Positions 16,070 through 27,071 of a stretch of DNA of 64,000 nt are shown piece by piece (within the stretch, counting starts at the first letter, position 1; each line of letters begins with the position of its first letter). The position numbers and the translations under genes are program-made. The notes under the pieces were generated by a model. The model was not told the origin of the DNA, did not search any database, and saw nothing but the letters and a program-made list of their open reading frames with translations. The stretch is taken from positions 210,787 to 274,786 of the IMG/VR virus record IMGVR_UViG_3300002834_000024, one strand, 5' to 3'. Source of the DNA: a virus (lineage: Duplodnaviria > Heunggongvirae > Uroviricota > Caudoviricetes).

Positions 16070-16594
16070 ATGAATAAAAGAATTGGATTATTTGCCGGAA
16101 CTTTTGACCCATTTACTGTTGGTCATGGTGATATTGTAAATCGTTCATTATTTCTTGTTGATAAATTAATCATTGGGGTTGGAAGAAATTCATCAAAGGA
16201 ACCAATGTTTTCACTAACAGAAAGAGTGAATTTTATTAAATCAGTGTATAAAAATGATGACCGAATATCGGCAATGTGGTATGATGGTCTTACCATAGAC
16301 TTTGCTGAACAAAATGGTGTAAATATCATCATCAGGTCTATCAGGAGTTTTATTGATTTTGAATATGAGAAAAATATTGATGAGATTAATAATCAGATAG
16401 GACATGAATGTTATGGTATTCAAACAGTATTTATGTTTCCATCAAGATACTTTTCTCATATCAGTTCAAGCATGGTTAGAGAATTAATAAGACATAATAA
16501 GGATGTTTCTAAATATATTCCAGATATAAGTAATTATTCATCTCCCGAATTTGTGGATAATGAATTAAAAAGATATATTGAAAGTAAAAGATAA
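16070..16594 (+). CDS. coaD: Phosphopantetheine adenylyltransferase
   Basis: AGTFDPFTVGH, DFEYE, ISSSMVRE. Confidence 0.9.
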   Translation: MNKRIGLFAGTFDPFTVGHGDIVNRSLFLVDKLIIGVGRNSSKEPMFSLTERVNFIKSVYKNDDRISAMWYDGLTIDFAEQNGVNIIIRSIRSFIDFEYEKNIDEINNQIGHECYGIQTVFMFPSRYFSHISSSMVRELIRHNKDVSKYIPDISNYSSPEFVDNELKRYIESKR

Positions 16595-16597
16595 ATT

Positions 16598-16798
16598 ATG
16601 TCCCAAATATATACTATATATCAAGAAAAATTAGACAAAGCATTAGAAAGTAATGAAGTTTACATACAATGCCCATGTTGTCTTGAAAGTTATTATTATC
16701 CTATTTTAATAGAGGAAATTGAAGAACTTTCAAAAAAAGATGTTTATTGTATTTGTCAAGAGTGTGGAGATTCATTTTATTTAACAATAGAAGATTAA
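16598..16798 (+). CDS. Zinc-finger hypothetical
   Basis: CPCC...CQECG. Confidence 0.5.
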   Translation: MSQIYTIYQEKLDKALESNEVYIQCPCCLESYYYPILIEEIEELSKKDVYCICQECGDSFYLTIED

Positions 16799-17023
16799 AA
16801 ATATGTTAGAAGTATTTAAACCAAAAAGAGGTATCATTCAAAGATACAAGAAGTATATGAAACGGAATACAAAATCAATATTTATATTAGTAAAATATGG
16901 TGATGATGATATACGTTTAACATTAGTAAATTGAACAAATGGTGAAAATCGTTTTATCAGGAAGATAAAATAATTTTGTTGGAAACACCAACTTTTTATG
17001 AATAAAATTAATAACTAAAATTT

Positions 17024-17758
17024 ATGGTTTTAAATTATCAAAAAGAATTAGAAGAATATAATCAAGCAATATTAACATATCGTAATGAAATCCGAAAAGC
17101 ATTTGGTTGTGATATTAGTGAGGTAAAAGATATTTTAAAAGAGTTGCCAAAGACAATCAGAAAACAGAATATTGAAAAACCGATATTTAGGTTTGGTTAT
17201 AATTTTTTGGATACACTTGAAGAAGATTACTTTCAAAACTCGGCTGGGGTTTATAAATTTGATTGTACAGTTGGATGTTATATTGGTAAATCCATAAAGT
17301 TAAAAGATAGATTAAAAACACACTTTAAAAATATATCTGAAAGTACCGAACATAAAGGAAAATATTGGGATTTCAAAAACAATGAAATTGATGTGTCTAT
17401 ATTAAAATACATCAAATTAGAAGAAATTCAAGATGATATATGGCATCATATTCCCAATCTTTTTAACAATAAAGAAAATATTGAAAGATATAAAACATAT
17501 TATGTAAATGGTGAATGTACACTTGGTAAAGACTTATTCAATAAATATTCCCTATCTTGGATTGCCGAAAATGAATTATGTTTTTATGAAAGTATGTACA
17601 TTATGGAACAAGAAGAAACATTTGATAAACCTTGTTATAATTTTGGTGTTGTTAAAAATGAACAACCACAAGATATATTTCATAAAGATGATGAACTTAT
17701 ACCATTAAAATACAAAACCCGATATAAACAATTAGTAACAAAAGAATACATTCTTTAA
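17024..17758 (+). CDS. GIY-YIG nuclease family protein
   Basis: AGVYKF...CYIGKS..LKDRLKTH. Confidence 0.7.
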   Translation: MVLNYQKELEEYNQAILTYRNEIRKAFGCDISEVKDILKELPKTIRKQNIEKPIFRFGYNFLDTLEEDYFQNSAGVYKFDCTVGCYIGKSIKLKDRLKTHFKNISESTEHKGKYWDFKNNEIDVSILKYIKLEEIQDDIWHHIPNLFNNKENIERYKTYYVNGECTLGKDLFNKYSLSWIAENELCFYESMYIMEQEETFDKPCYNFGVVKNEQPQDIFHKDDELIPLKYKTRYKQLVTKEYIL

Positions 17759-18031
17759 TAAAAACTATATAATTATGAAGAATTTTTCCAAACCAATGTT
17801 ACTTACTTTGATAGTAACATTTTTTGTTGCTTGTAGTAAAGAAAATATTAAATAACTAAAATATGAAACAAATTAAAAAAGTAATTAAGTTAAAAGAAGG
17901 AGATAATGTTGATCAAAAAGTATTAGAAGAACTTTCTCCTGAAATAAACAAACACATTAAAAAAGAATTAAAAAAAACATGGGGTAAAAACCCTAAAACA
18001 TTAAAAATAAAATTTTAACAAATAGAATAAA

Positions 18032-18625
18032 ATGAAAAGAATTTTAATTACAGTATTGTTGTTAATAGGATTATCTATTAATATTTTTGCGGGTCCATTT
18101 GGTATTGATATGGGAATGAGTTTAGAGGAAGTAACAAAAATAAGTAAAATTGAACCAGTAAGTATTGGTGATGATGCTTACCTTATTACGCCACCTAATA
18201 CAAATAACCTTTTTGAAATGTATATGGTTAAAATTCATCACCTACATGGGGTTTATCTTATAAAAGCAATTGGGGTTGATATATCTGTTACAGGATATGG
18301 TGATGAATTAAAATTGGAATTTAATAAACTAGTTCAAAATCTTGAAAAAAATTATGGTAAATATAAAAAAATAGATTACTTAAAAAGGGGTAGTATATGG
18401 AAAGATGCAGATGATTTTATGATGGGATTATTAAAGGGGGATAGAAGTTTAATAGTTAGTTTTGATAAAGAATCCAAAGCAACATTACCAAGTGATTTAA
18501 AAGAAATTCTTGTTGGAGTTTCAGCAAAAAATCAAAATACTGGATATATTCTTTTAGAATATTATTCAACCAAATATGATATAATTACAAAAGAAATTGA
18601 AGAAAAACAAAATAACGTTTTTTAA
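18032..18625 (+). CDS. Secreted hypothetical protein
   Basis: Signal peptide then AGPFGIDMGMS. Confidence 0.6.
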   Translation: MKRILITVLLLIGLSINIFAGPFGIDMGMSLEEVTKISKIEPVSIGDDAYLITPPNTNNLFEMYMVKIHHLHGVYLIKAIGVDISVTGYGDELKLEFNKLVQNLEKNYGKYKKIDYLKRGSIWKDADDFMMGLLKGDRSLIVSFDKESKATLPSDLKEILVGVSAKNQNTGYILLEYYSTKYDIITKEIEEKQNNVF

Positions 18626-18729
18626 TGTCTCGCAAACTAACCACAGTAGATTTTTCAAATCCATTATACACAATTGATAATACATTTGATGATTTGGAAT
18701 TGTTATTGGAAAAAATAAAAAAAATATGA
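18625..18729 (+). pseudogene. Internally deleted remnant of the adjacent endonuclease family
   Basis: MSRKLTT...NTFDDLELLLEKIK matches C-terminus NLFTDLELLLNQIK of 18726..19859. Confidence 0.5.
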
Positions 18730-19859
18730 GATATTATAATCAGTCAACAACAAAAGAATTTATTGAGAAAGCAAAACTTATTCATGGCGATAAGTATGAT
18801 TATTCCAAAGTTGAATATACTAATGCACACACAAAAATAAGTATTATATGCCCAATTCATGGAGAATTTAATCAAACCCCCACTAACCATTTATCGGGGT
18901 ATAAATGTTTTAAATGTAGTGGACAAGGTAAAACGACTGAAAGTTTTATTGAAGAAATAAAAAAGATTCATGGTGATAGGTATGACTATTCCAAAGTTGA
19001 ATACAAAGATTGGAAAACAAGGATTACTATCATTTGTCCCATTCATGGAGAATTTGAACAAAGAGCATCAGATCATTTAAGTGGTAGTGGTTGTCCTAGA
19101 TGTGGGGGGACTTTACAATCTAATACAGAAGAATTTATTGAGAAAGCAAAATTAATTCATGGTGATAAATATGATTATTCAAAGGTAGAATATAAAAGAA
19201 ATATAATAAAAGTTTGTATAGTTTGTCCTATTCATGGAGAATTTGGACAACGACCAGACAAACATTTGGTCGGATGTGGATGTCCACAATGTGCTGGTAA
19301 TATCCAATTAACAACAGAAGAATTTATTGAGAAAGCAAAATTAATTCATGGTGATAAATATGATTATTCAAAGGTAGAATATATTAATGGTAAAACAAAA
19401 GTTTGTATAATTTGTCCAGAACATGGTGAATTTAAACAACTACCAACTAGTCATTTGCGAGGTACTAATTGTCATTCATGTCAAAGACAAAGTAATTTTG
19501 AATCTTATGTTGAAGATTTTTTTAAAAATAAAAATATTAAATACACAAAAGAACAAACTTTTGAATGGTTAAAATATAAAAAACCCATGTTTTTAGATTT
19601 TTTTTTAAAAGATTATAATATAGGTATAGAAGTTCAGGGGAGACAACACTTTAAACAAATTAGAAATTGGGATGACCTTAATAGCATAATAAAACGTGAT
19701 AAAATTAAAAATGAATTGTCTCAAAAAAATAATATTAATCTAATATACTTTACTGATTATATAGGTAATGTTGATCACATTGGAATCTACAATGAACAAA
19801 ATCTTTTCACAGATTTGGAATTGCTTTTGAACCAAATTAAAGGTACTTTTAAGTCATGA
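18726..19859 (+). CDS. Putative homing endonuclease: four DUF723-like zinc repeats plus C-terminal PD-(D/E)XK (EDxHD/Vsr-like) nuclease
   Basis: 4x FIEKAK.IHGDKYDYSKVEY..IICP.HGEF.Q...HL.G..C..C; LDFFL...IEVQGRQHF...RD..K. Confidence 0.8.
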   Translation: MRYYNQSTTKEFIEKAKLIHGDKYDYSKVEYTNAHTKISIICPIHGEFNQTPTNHLSGYKCFKCSGQGKTTESFIEEIKKIHGDRYDYSKVEYKDWKTRITIICPIHGEFEQRASDHLSGSGCPRCGGTLQSNTEEFIEKAKLIHGDKYDYSKVEYKRNIIKVCIVCPIHGEFGQRPDKHLVGCGCPQCAGNIQLTTEEFIEKAKLIHGDKYDYSKVEYINGKTKVCIICPEHGEFKQLPTSHLRGTNCHSCQRQSNFESYVEDFFKNKNIKYTKEQTFEWLKYKKPMFLDFFLKDYNIGIEVQGRQHFKQIRNWDDLNSIIKRDKIKNELSQKNNINLIYFTDYIGNVDHIGIYNEQNLFTDLELLLNQIKGTFKS

Positions 19860-20083
19860 ATAGTTCAACTTTTTTTCAAAATAAAGATTGTGAATATTTT
19901 CCATGTCATCAAATAGATGATGTTGAAAATTTTAATTGTTTGTTTTGTTATTGTCCATTATATCCGAAAGGAAATTGTATTGGAAATTATTACTACACAA
20001 AAGCAAAAAAACATTGTGAACAATGTGATTTTCCGCACATAAGAGAAAATTATGATAAACTAATTGAAACACTTAAACAATGA
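19856..20083 (+). CDS. Cysteine-rich small domain protein
   Basis: FFQNKDCEYFPCH...FNCLFCYCPLY. Confidence 0.75.
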   Translation: MNSSTFFQNKDCEYFPCHQIDDVENFNCLFCYCPLYPKGNCIGNYYYTKAKKHCEQCDFPHIRENYDKLIETLKQ

Positions 20084-20898
20084 TTAATCAAATAATACAT
20101 GGGGATTGTTTAGATATATTGATGAATGAGATTTATCATCCCAATAAAGAAAATGATTTTAATGAAGAATCTATTGATTTAACCTTTACTTCTCCGCCAT
20201 ATTTCAATGCACGTGAATATTCGCAGTACCCAACATATGAGGATTACCTAAAATTTCTTAAAAAGGTATTTACATGGGTATGGACAGTTACCAAAGAGGG
20301 TAGATTTTGTGTAGTCAATACAAGTCCTGTAATTGAAGCAAGACAATCCAGATCACATCAATCGAAGCGTTATCCAATACCATTTGACCTAAATACAATC
20401 ATGCAGGATATTGGGTGGGATTTTATTGATGATATTATATGGGAAAAGCCCGAACCATCCGTAAAAGACCGAAATGCACAATTCAGAAACAATAGAAATC
20501 CATTAACATACAAACCAAACGTTGTTACCGAGTATATTATGGTTTATCGTAAAAAAACAGATAAACTTATTGATTGGAATTTAAAACAATACAGTAAACA
20601 TCAAAGAACACAAGATAAAGTTTTGGGTATTAAAAAAGATGGTTTTTTAATAAAAGAACCAGATAGAACAAATATTTGGAAAATCCCCCCAAAATCATCT
20701 AAATTACATCCAGCAATTTTTCCTGATGAGTTAGTTGAACGTATAATAAAATATTATTCATTCAGAGGTGATATAGTTCTTGATCCGTTTTGTGGTATTG
20801 GTACAACATGTAGAGTTGCCAAATCTTTTCTTAGAAATTATATTGGTATTGAACAAAACTATGAGTATTATTGTATAGCAAAAAATAATTTAGAATAA
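20080..20898 (+). CDS. DNA N4/N6 methyltransferase (beta class)
   Basis: TSPPY ... HPAIFP ... VLDPFCGIGTT. Confidence 0.9.
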   Translation: MINQIIHGDCLDILMNEIYHPNKENDFNEESIDLTFTSPPYFNAREYSQYPTYEDYLKFLKKVFTWVWTVTKEGRFCVVNTSPVIEARQSRSHQSKRYPIPFDLNTIMQDIGWDFIDDIIWEKPEPSVKDRNAQFRNNRNPLTYKPNVVTEYIMVYRKKTDKLIDWNLKQYSKHQRTQDKVLGIKKDGFLIKEPDRTNIWKIPPKSSKLHPAIFPDELVERIIKYYSFRGDIVLDPFCGIGTTCRVAKSFLRNYIGIEQNYEYYCIAKNNLE

Positions 20899-21377
20899 AA
20901 TAAAAGATATGAAAATTATCAAAAATGGTATTGAATTTCCAGAAGAAATTGTGTTTAAATGTACAGTTTGCCAAACTCAATTTACAAATTCAAGGACAGA
21001 AACACCTCTTAGTAAAGTTGTACGTTATAATAATGCAATTGATTTGACATATTCACATATATGTCCTAATTGTTTTTGGGAAATAGACTCACACTATTGG
21101 ATAGATAGAGAACATAATTTAATGAACAAATGCTCATGAAATCAATTGACGAAGTTAAAAATGGTATGCCACCTGGTTTAGTTGTCTGGTGTGAAAATGC
21201 ACTTAATGATGCCGTAAAAGAATATGCAACTGAACAACTTGGTGAAGAAGAATATAATAGATTAGCAACCTCTAATGAGGGTGAAGATACAACTGACCTT
21301 GATGCCTTATCACAGGATTTTCTACGAGGTTTTTGGTATGCGGTTGAATTGTTTAACATGAATTTTACTAAATAGTT

Positions 21378-21806
21378 ATGGGCGTAAATAGAGAAAATTT
21401 AATTTTATATGGAATTAAAACAGGAAATCCATATGAATTTGTGAGTAGTAATGATGTAGATGAATACGATATTGCAAATGATAACAGAATAAAACATGTA
21501 TTGGAGGATGTTAAAAATTATCGTGATATTCCCTCAAATTATAAATACCATAAAAATAATCCAGAATTAGCCATTATTAATGATGGTATGAATGGAGATT
21601 ACTCAATTATTGGTATTTTAGTTGAAAATGCTGGGGATATGGAAGAAGGTGATGGTGATTTTAATACATTATTAAAAGAAAATAATTTGGTAGAATTAAA
21701 TGTAAATTTTATATCTAAACTTAGAGAAGAAGCTCCAAGTGTATTTGATTCATTTACAAATGGTGAATATGAATGTGGAGTAATTGTAATAACACATTAT
21801 ACTTAA
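21378..21806 (+). CDS. Hypothetical protein
   Basis: ORF in operon; DGMNGDYSIIG. Confidence 0.5.
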   Translation: MGVNRENLILYGIKTGNPYEFVSSNDVDEYDIANDNRIKHVLEDVKNYRDIPSNYKYHKNNPELAIINDGMNGDYSIIGILVENAGDMEEGDGDFNTLLKENNLVELNVNFISKLREEAPSVFDSFTNGEYECGVIVITHYT

Positions 21807-21811
21807 ATATT

Positions 21812-22273
21812 ATGTACGAAAAAATTAAACAGAAATTTTACTTTCTTAATAAAAATATATTGGCAAAATATATTAAAGATTATGATTCATCTATTATTGA
21901 AAATGCCAATAATAAAATAAGATATGAAATTGAGGGTGATGTAAATGATTGGGATATTGAAAAATCTGTTCGTGAAATGCCAATAATTAAATTTTTTAAT
22001 TGTTTATTACCAATTGCATTGATGTATTTTACTGATGTTCCAGGTGCTTGTGTTCGTGGCAAATTAGATGATACATTTACCAAATTGGCTGATTTATCCG
22101 ATTTAGACCTTCCACGTCATCCAGATACTTATGAAATTGCTCATAGAATGGTAGGTACAAATATATTTTTAATAAATGAAGATAATGTATTATTTCCAGT
22201 ATTGTTACCTGGTATATGGGATATATTTGAAAATGAAACAGAATTACTTAATTATATGAAAGAATATGAATAA
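21812..22273 (+). CDS. Hypothetical protein
   Basis: ORF in operon (start MYEKIK). Confidence 0.5.
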   Translation: MYEKIKQKFYFLNKNILAKYIKDYDSSIIENANNKIRYEIEGDVNDWDIEKSVREMPIIKFFNCLLPIALMYFTDVPGACVRGKLDDTFTKLADLSDLDLPRHPDTYEIAHRMVGTNIFLINEDNVLFPVLLPGIWDIFENETELLNYMKEYE

Positions 22274-22583
22274 ATCGGAATTAAGAACAAAAGAAGATAA
22301 ATGCTTGTGGGAAATATACACAAGACTATTTGCAGCATCAACCCCAAAGGGTGATTTTGCTGATTTAGTTGAAAATGCCACTAAAGATGAACATGGAAAA
22401 TTACATATACCATTTGATAATTATGTAATTGATCCAGATGTTATGGATAATATTATTCTTGAAGTATGCAAGGAATTTAAAATTCGGAAATCTGATAGAC
22501 CAAAATTTAAAACAACAGCTTATCTTGGATGTTCGCCAAGATTTAGTCCAAAAGAGTGGGAACCAACAGCATTAGCCGAATGA
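22266..22583 (+). CDS. Hypothetical protein
   Basis: ORF in operon. Confidence 0.5.
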   Translation: MNKSELRTKEDKCLWEIYTRLFAASTPKGDFADLVENATKDEHGKLHIPFDNYVIDPDVMDNIILEVCKEFKIRKSDRPKFKTTAYLGCSPRFSPKEWEPTALAE

Positions 22584-23275
22584 AACTTGATGGATACAAG
22601 GACATAACACAGTTAAATAAAAAACAAACCATATTAGTTGATATGGATCAGGTTTTAAATAACCTGAATGTAGAGTGGGTTAGATTGTATAATGAAAAAT
22701 ATAATGATAACCTACTCTATCAAAATATTACAGACTGGATTGTTTATGATTTTTTCAAAAACTGTACACATGAACAGGTGTGGGAATTATTAGAAACTCC
22801 AACATTGTTTTCAAAAATGGTCAAACCACTTGAAGATAGTGTTAAAGTTACTGAAATTTTATCCAAGTTTTTTGAGTTGTATATTGTTACATCCTGTTCA
22901 CATCCAAACATTATATTGGAAAAGTTTGAATTTGTTGAAACACATTTTCCACATATTCATCGAAGTGATATTGTTACATGTAAAAATAAATGTTTGATAA
23001 AAGGGGACTACATGATTGATGATTATGTTGAAAACCTTAGATGTTTTGATGGAAAGGGTTTGTTATTAAATACATCATATAATCTAAATGTTAATTTACC
23101 TGATAATACTATTAGAGTTACTTCTTGGGATGATATTTTAATGTATTTTGCTATACAGAATAAAGAGTTGATGAATTATTTGGTAAAGGATATGTTTGAG
23201 TGTGGCGAAAGTTATATCGAAAAATTTGATATAAAGACTGTGGCTGGAATTAAAAATTATTTGAATTTGAAATAA
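22580..23275 (+). CDS. 5'(3')-deoxyribonucleotidase (HAD)
   Basis: ILVDMDQVL, YIVTS, EK..F...HFP, DYMIDD. Confidence 0.85.
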   Translation: MKLDGYKDITQLNKKQTILVDMDQVLNNLNVEWVRLYNEKYNDNLLYQNITDWIVYDFFKNCTHEQVWELLETPTLFSKMVKPLEDSVKVTEILSKFFELYIVTSCSHPNIILEKFEFVETHFPHIHRSDIVTCKNKCLIKGDYMIDDYVENLRCFDGKGLLLNTSYNLNVNLPDNTIRVTSWDDILMYFAIQNKELMNYLVKDMFECGESYIEKFDIKTVAGIKNYLNLK

Positions 23276-23277
23276 TT

Positions 23278-23323
23278 TTAACATCCAGTAAAAAACTTAT
23301 CTAATTTTATTTTTCTATTTTTG
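23278..23323 (+). promoter_or_regulatory. TTAACATCCAG box plus TAttTTTG promoter
   Basis: Box 23278-23288; -7 element at 23316. Confidence 0.75.
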
Positions 23324-23532
23324 CATCAAATTTAAAATGAAATTAAAATGGAAAATTGGAAAGTTGTAATAATTGCAATACTACTGTTAGCAGTTGCTTG
23401 TTTAGTTGGATGGATACTGGATATATCTGGTTTTTTTGATGCTATTGGGCATAACTGGAGTATTTTTGTATGTGCATTATGCGGTTGTCTTTATATGGAA
23501 ATATTAAAATCTATAATCAGGAGAGGTAAGAA

Positions 23533-23910
23533 ATGAAAACATTTGCAGAAATTCAAAAGGGTGATACAATTTATTGTTACAATACACAGGACAATAAAAT
23601 TGAAAATCATTTAGTGTATGCAACAAGCAGTGATAAGTATACAAAACACATTGGTCTTGATTATGGAATTACTACCGATAAAATTTGTTTTTTTATAAAA
23701 AATAAAGAAATGGAAATCAATGGGGTAATTGATATACAACTTAGTACAATTTTTGATGAATATATTGTTTATTCAACTGATTATGACACATTAGTTAAAC
23801 ATAATTTAGAAGCATTGAACAAAAAAAGACAAGATGTGTTGGAAAAAATACAGGATTTACAAGATGAATTATGTAATATTGATTCACAAATATCACAACA
23901 AATATGTTAA
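23533..23910 (+). CDS. Hypothetical protein
   Basis: 125-aa ORF. Confidence 0.5.
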   Translation: MKTFAEIQKGDTIYCYNTQDNKIENHLVYATSSDKYTKHIGLDYGITTDKICFFIKNKEMEINGVIDIQLSTIFDEYIVYSTDYDTLVKHNLEALNKKRQDVLEKIQDLQDELCNIDSQISQQIC

Positions 23911-23931
23911 TTAATAAATAATAGAAAAGAA

Positions 23932-24477
23932 ATGAAAAATTTAGGAATTATTGGTGGCATAGTTGCCACAATTGCAGTTTTGGGTATTGTTATATGGTTT
24001 TTTGTATCCATGTCCTACAACAACCAAGAAAAAGGTCTTCGTAACAGAGGTGAGGCACAAAATGGTAAAATTGAAGTAGTATTTGACGAGATGTGGAAAG
24101 TATTACAAGACCAAGCTGGTGTTTCTACTGAATACAAAGAGGCGTTCAAAGAGATTTACATTCCATTAATTGAAGGCAGATATTCACAAGGTGATGGTAG
24201 TTTAATGAAATGGGTTACAGAACATAATCCTCAATTTGATCCATCCTTGTATCAAACACTTATGTTAAGTATAGAAAAGTATCGTGCTTTGTTTGCAAAA
24301 GAACAGGAAATAATGCTTGATATTAAACGGCAACACAAGGATTTATGTACACTTGAACCAAGTTCATGGTTTGTAAAGAATAAAGAAGAAATCGAATATA
24401 CTATTATTAGTTCAACAAGAACAAAACAGGTAATGGAAACAGGTATTGATGATAGTCCGCCTTTGTTTAAACAATAA
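23932..24477 (+). CDS. Membrane-anchored helical protein (LemA-like phage family)
   Basis: N-terminal TM, D.MWK.L..QAGV, GRY, W..E.NP. Confidence 0.6.
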   Translation: MKNLGIIGGIVATIAVLGIVIWFFVSMSYNNQEKGLRNRGEAQNGKIEVVFDEMWKVLQDQAGVSTEYKEAFKEIYIPLIEGRYSQGDGSLMKWVTEHNPQFDPSLYQTLMLSIEKYRALFAKEQEIMLDIKRQHKDLCTLEPSSWFVKNKEEIEYTIISSTRTKQVMETGIDDSPPLFKQ

Positions 24478-24549
24478 AATATGAACGGTATAGTAAGTTT
24501 TCTGGTTCTTGAATCCGTTTGAAAGTAAACCAAATGAAAAATCAGACAC

Positions 24550-24621
24550 GGTCCTGTAGTATAATGGACAGTACATAAAACTTCTAATTTTAGAGTGATG
24601 GTTCAATTCCATCCAGGATCA
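24550..24621 (+). tRNA. tRNA-Arg(TCT)
   Basis: Cloverleaf, loop CTTCTAA. Confidence 0.88.
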
Positions 24622-24644
24622 CATATTTTTAATACAGAAAAGTT

Positions 24645-24974
24645 ATGGAACAAAAGAGAGTAGTAAATGTAAATTTATATGAACTAGCCAATGAGATTTA
24701 TCAACTTGGTAATTCATATCATGAACATGGTGAAAAGGGTATTAATTTCAAAATATTACCTTTTAATGTGAAAGATATAAAAAACAAATTTCATGCCATA
24801 TTGAGAAAACATGGTGTAAGTGAATATGTTAAACATGAAGATGGCACAATGACTGGTGCATCTGTTGAATATATTATGTGTCATGGATATTTAATGGCGT
24901 GTTTATTTGAACATCAGGCGCAATCTTTTCAGTTGGCAATGATGTGTTTTACAGCCGATGGTGATGAAGATTAA
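24645..24974 (+). CDS. Hypothetical protein
   Basis: 109-aa ORF. Confidence 0.5.
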   Translation: MEQKRVVNVNLYELANEIYQLGNSYHEHGEKGINFKILPFNVKDIKNKFHAILRKHGVSEYVKHEDGTMTGASVEYIMCHGYLMACLFEHQAQSFQLAMMCFTADGDED

Positions 24975-25415
24975 TTATATAAAATTATGAGATGTTACTG
25001 TGGTGAAGATGATTCTTATTACGACATGGATGGAGATTTACGTTGTCGTGAATGTGGGAGTGTCCTTGATAGATGTTCACAATATTATGTTATTAATGGG
25101 GTGAAATATCAAGTTGGAACAAATAATTTATATACTGACAAAAAGAATAAAATAAAGAAATAATATGGAAATATTTTTATTATTGGGGAATGAACTATTA
25201 TTTTATATGATAGTTACTTTTATGTTCGGTTGTTTTTGTGGTTGGTTATTTACTAAACTTTTTCAAAAGAAATAATAATTATAGATTATGAGTAATTCAG
25301 TATTTGTATTATGTGTTTACCTAACTTTTTTTATTGGTATTTTTGGTCTCCCAGGACTAGTTCACTGGATTAGTAGAAACGATCATAAACACAAATAATT
25401 AAGATTTAGATTGTT

Positions 25416-26648
25416 ATGCACATATTAGTATCATTTGCAATACCATTTATAATATCAATTGTATTATTGATATTCTTCCGAAGTAAAACTGTCTGGTATG
25501 AATATTTGTTTTTATTCATTCCAAGTATTTTTGTAGGATTGTTATTGAACTGGGTAATGGTAAGTTCAAATACTTCAAAAACGGAATATTTAGGATATTA
25601 TGTTACCCATGTTCAACACTATGACAGATGGAACGAATACATACATCAAACATGTACAAGAACATGGACAGATTCGGATGGTAATTCTCACAGTGAAACA
25701 TATGATTGTTCTTATGTAAAAGACCACCCAGAATATTGGGTGATTGTAGATAATGGAAAAAATGAGTTTAATATTACTAAACAAACATTTAATAACATTA
25801 TTTTACAGTGGAAAACACCAATGATATTCATTGATATGAAAAGAAGTTATCATACAATTGATGGTGATGCACAACGATATATGTGGGATAATAACATTGA
25901 ACATTCATATACAACTACTGTACCACATTCATATACAAACAAAATACAGGCAACCAATAGTATTTTTAACTTTGAGAAACTTACTAAAAAAGAAGCATCT
26001 TCATATGGAGTGTATCTTGATTATCCAAAAATTGAATCTCTTATAACAAAAGGTGGTTGGTTTGGTGGAGGTGGTGAATATCAATCAACATTAATGGGAT
26101 TTAAACATCAGCTAGATAGTGTAAAATATTGGGATTTTGTTAATGGTTTTAATGGTAAACAACACCAATTCAGAAGTTATTTGATAGCCTATTATAATCA
26201 ACCATATAATATTTCAATGATGCAGAAAAGTTGGTGGATAGGTGGTAATAAGAATGAATTTATTATTACAATTGGTTTAGACAGTATTACGAATAAGATT
26301 GAATGGGTTAATACATTTTCATGGTCAGATGATGTATCATTATCTCACATGGTTGATAATTACTTAACACAAAGAGGTACATTGTATCTTGGTGAATTAT
26401 CTAATAATTTGATGGAATGGGTTCCAAAATATTGGAAACGTAAATCATTCAAAGATTTTGATTATCTTAAACCAACAATTACCTCGACACAATTATTTTG
26501 GTTATCAATCATTTTACTTATTGTTAATATGGGTATTGGTGTATGGGTGGTTATAAATGATATTACAAATGAACCAAGAAGATATTATAATTATGGATAC
26601 AACCACAGACAACAAAGAAAAAGAATATCCATCTGGCCATTCAATTGA
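25416..26648 (+). CDS. Membrane protein with large extracytoplasmic domain
   Basis: Two N-terminal and one C-terminal TM; W.GGNKNE, FSWS motifs. Confidence 0.65.
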   Translation: MHILVSFAIPFIISIVLLIFFRSKTVWYEYLFLFIPSIFVGLLLNWVMVSSNTSKTEYLGYYVTHVQHYDRWNEYIHQTCTRTWTDSDGNSHSETYDCSYVKDHPEYWVIVDNGKNEFNITKQTFNNIILQWKTPMIFIDMKRSYHTIDGDAQRYMWDNNIEHSYTTTVPHSYTNKIQATNSIFNFEKLTKKEASSYGVYLDYPKIESLITKGGWFGGGGEYQSTLMGFKHQLDSVKYWDFVNGFNGKQHQFRSYLIAYYNQPYNISMMQKSWWIGGNKNEFIITIGLDSITNKIEWVNTFSWSDDVSLSHMVDNYLTQRGTLYLGELSNNLMEWVPKYWKRKSFKDFDYLKPTITSTQLFWLSIILLIVNMGIGVWVVINDITNEPRRYYNYGYNHRQQRKRISIWPFN

Positions 26649-26982
26649 AGATGCCAATCAGGATAAAAAAGATGTGAAATCAGATGATGTTCCAAATAAC
26701 ATATATGAAACTGGATTTTTTATTGATGATTTGAACTTTTTTTAGTATTATTGAAATAATAATATTAAAAAAAATGGAAAAAAATGTTTATCTGGTTAGC
26801 GGTGCAACCAACAATCCAAAGAAATCACCGTATTTTAGTGTGATATATAGTATTGACCAAAAGTTGAATGGTTCCAAACTAATTAGCGAAATTGCTAATT
26901 CAGTTCAAAAAGAACTTGGAAATAATACTTTTTCAATATTGAATATAATTAATTTGAGTACCGTTAATGGGTAATCAATAAT

Positions 26983-27055
26983 TGTCCTTTCCTCTAGTTG
27001 GTTAGGAGACATGACTCATAATCATGCAAGCTCGGTTCGATGCCGAGAGGGACAA
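26983..27055 (+). tRNA. tRNA-CAT (probably Ile2, lysidine type, or Met)
   Basis: Cloverleaf, loop CTCATAA; third CAT tRNA in the window. Confidence 0.8.
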
Positions 27056-27071
27056 CAATAAAGAATAGAAA

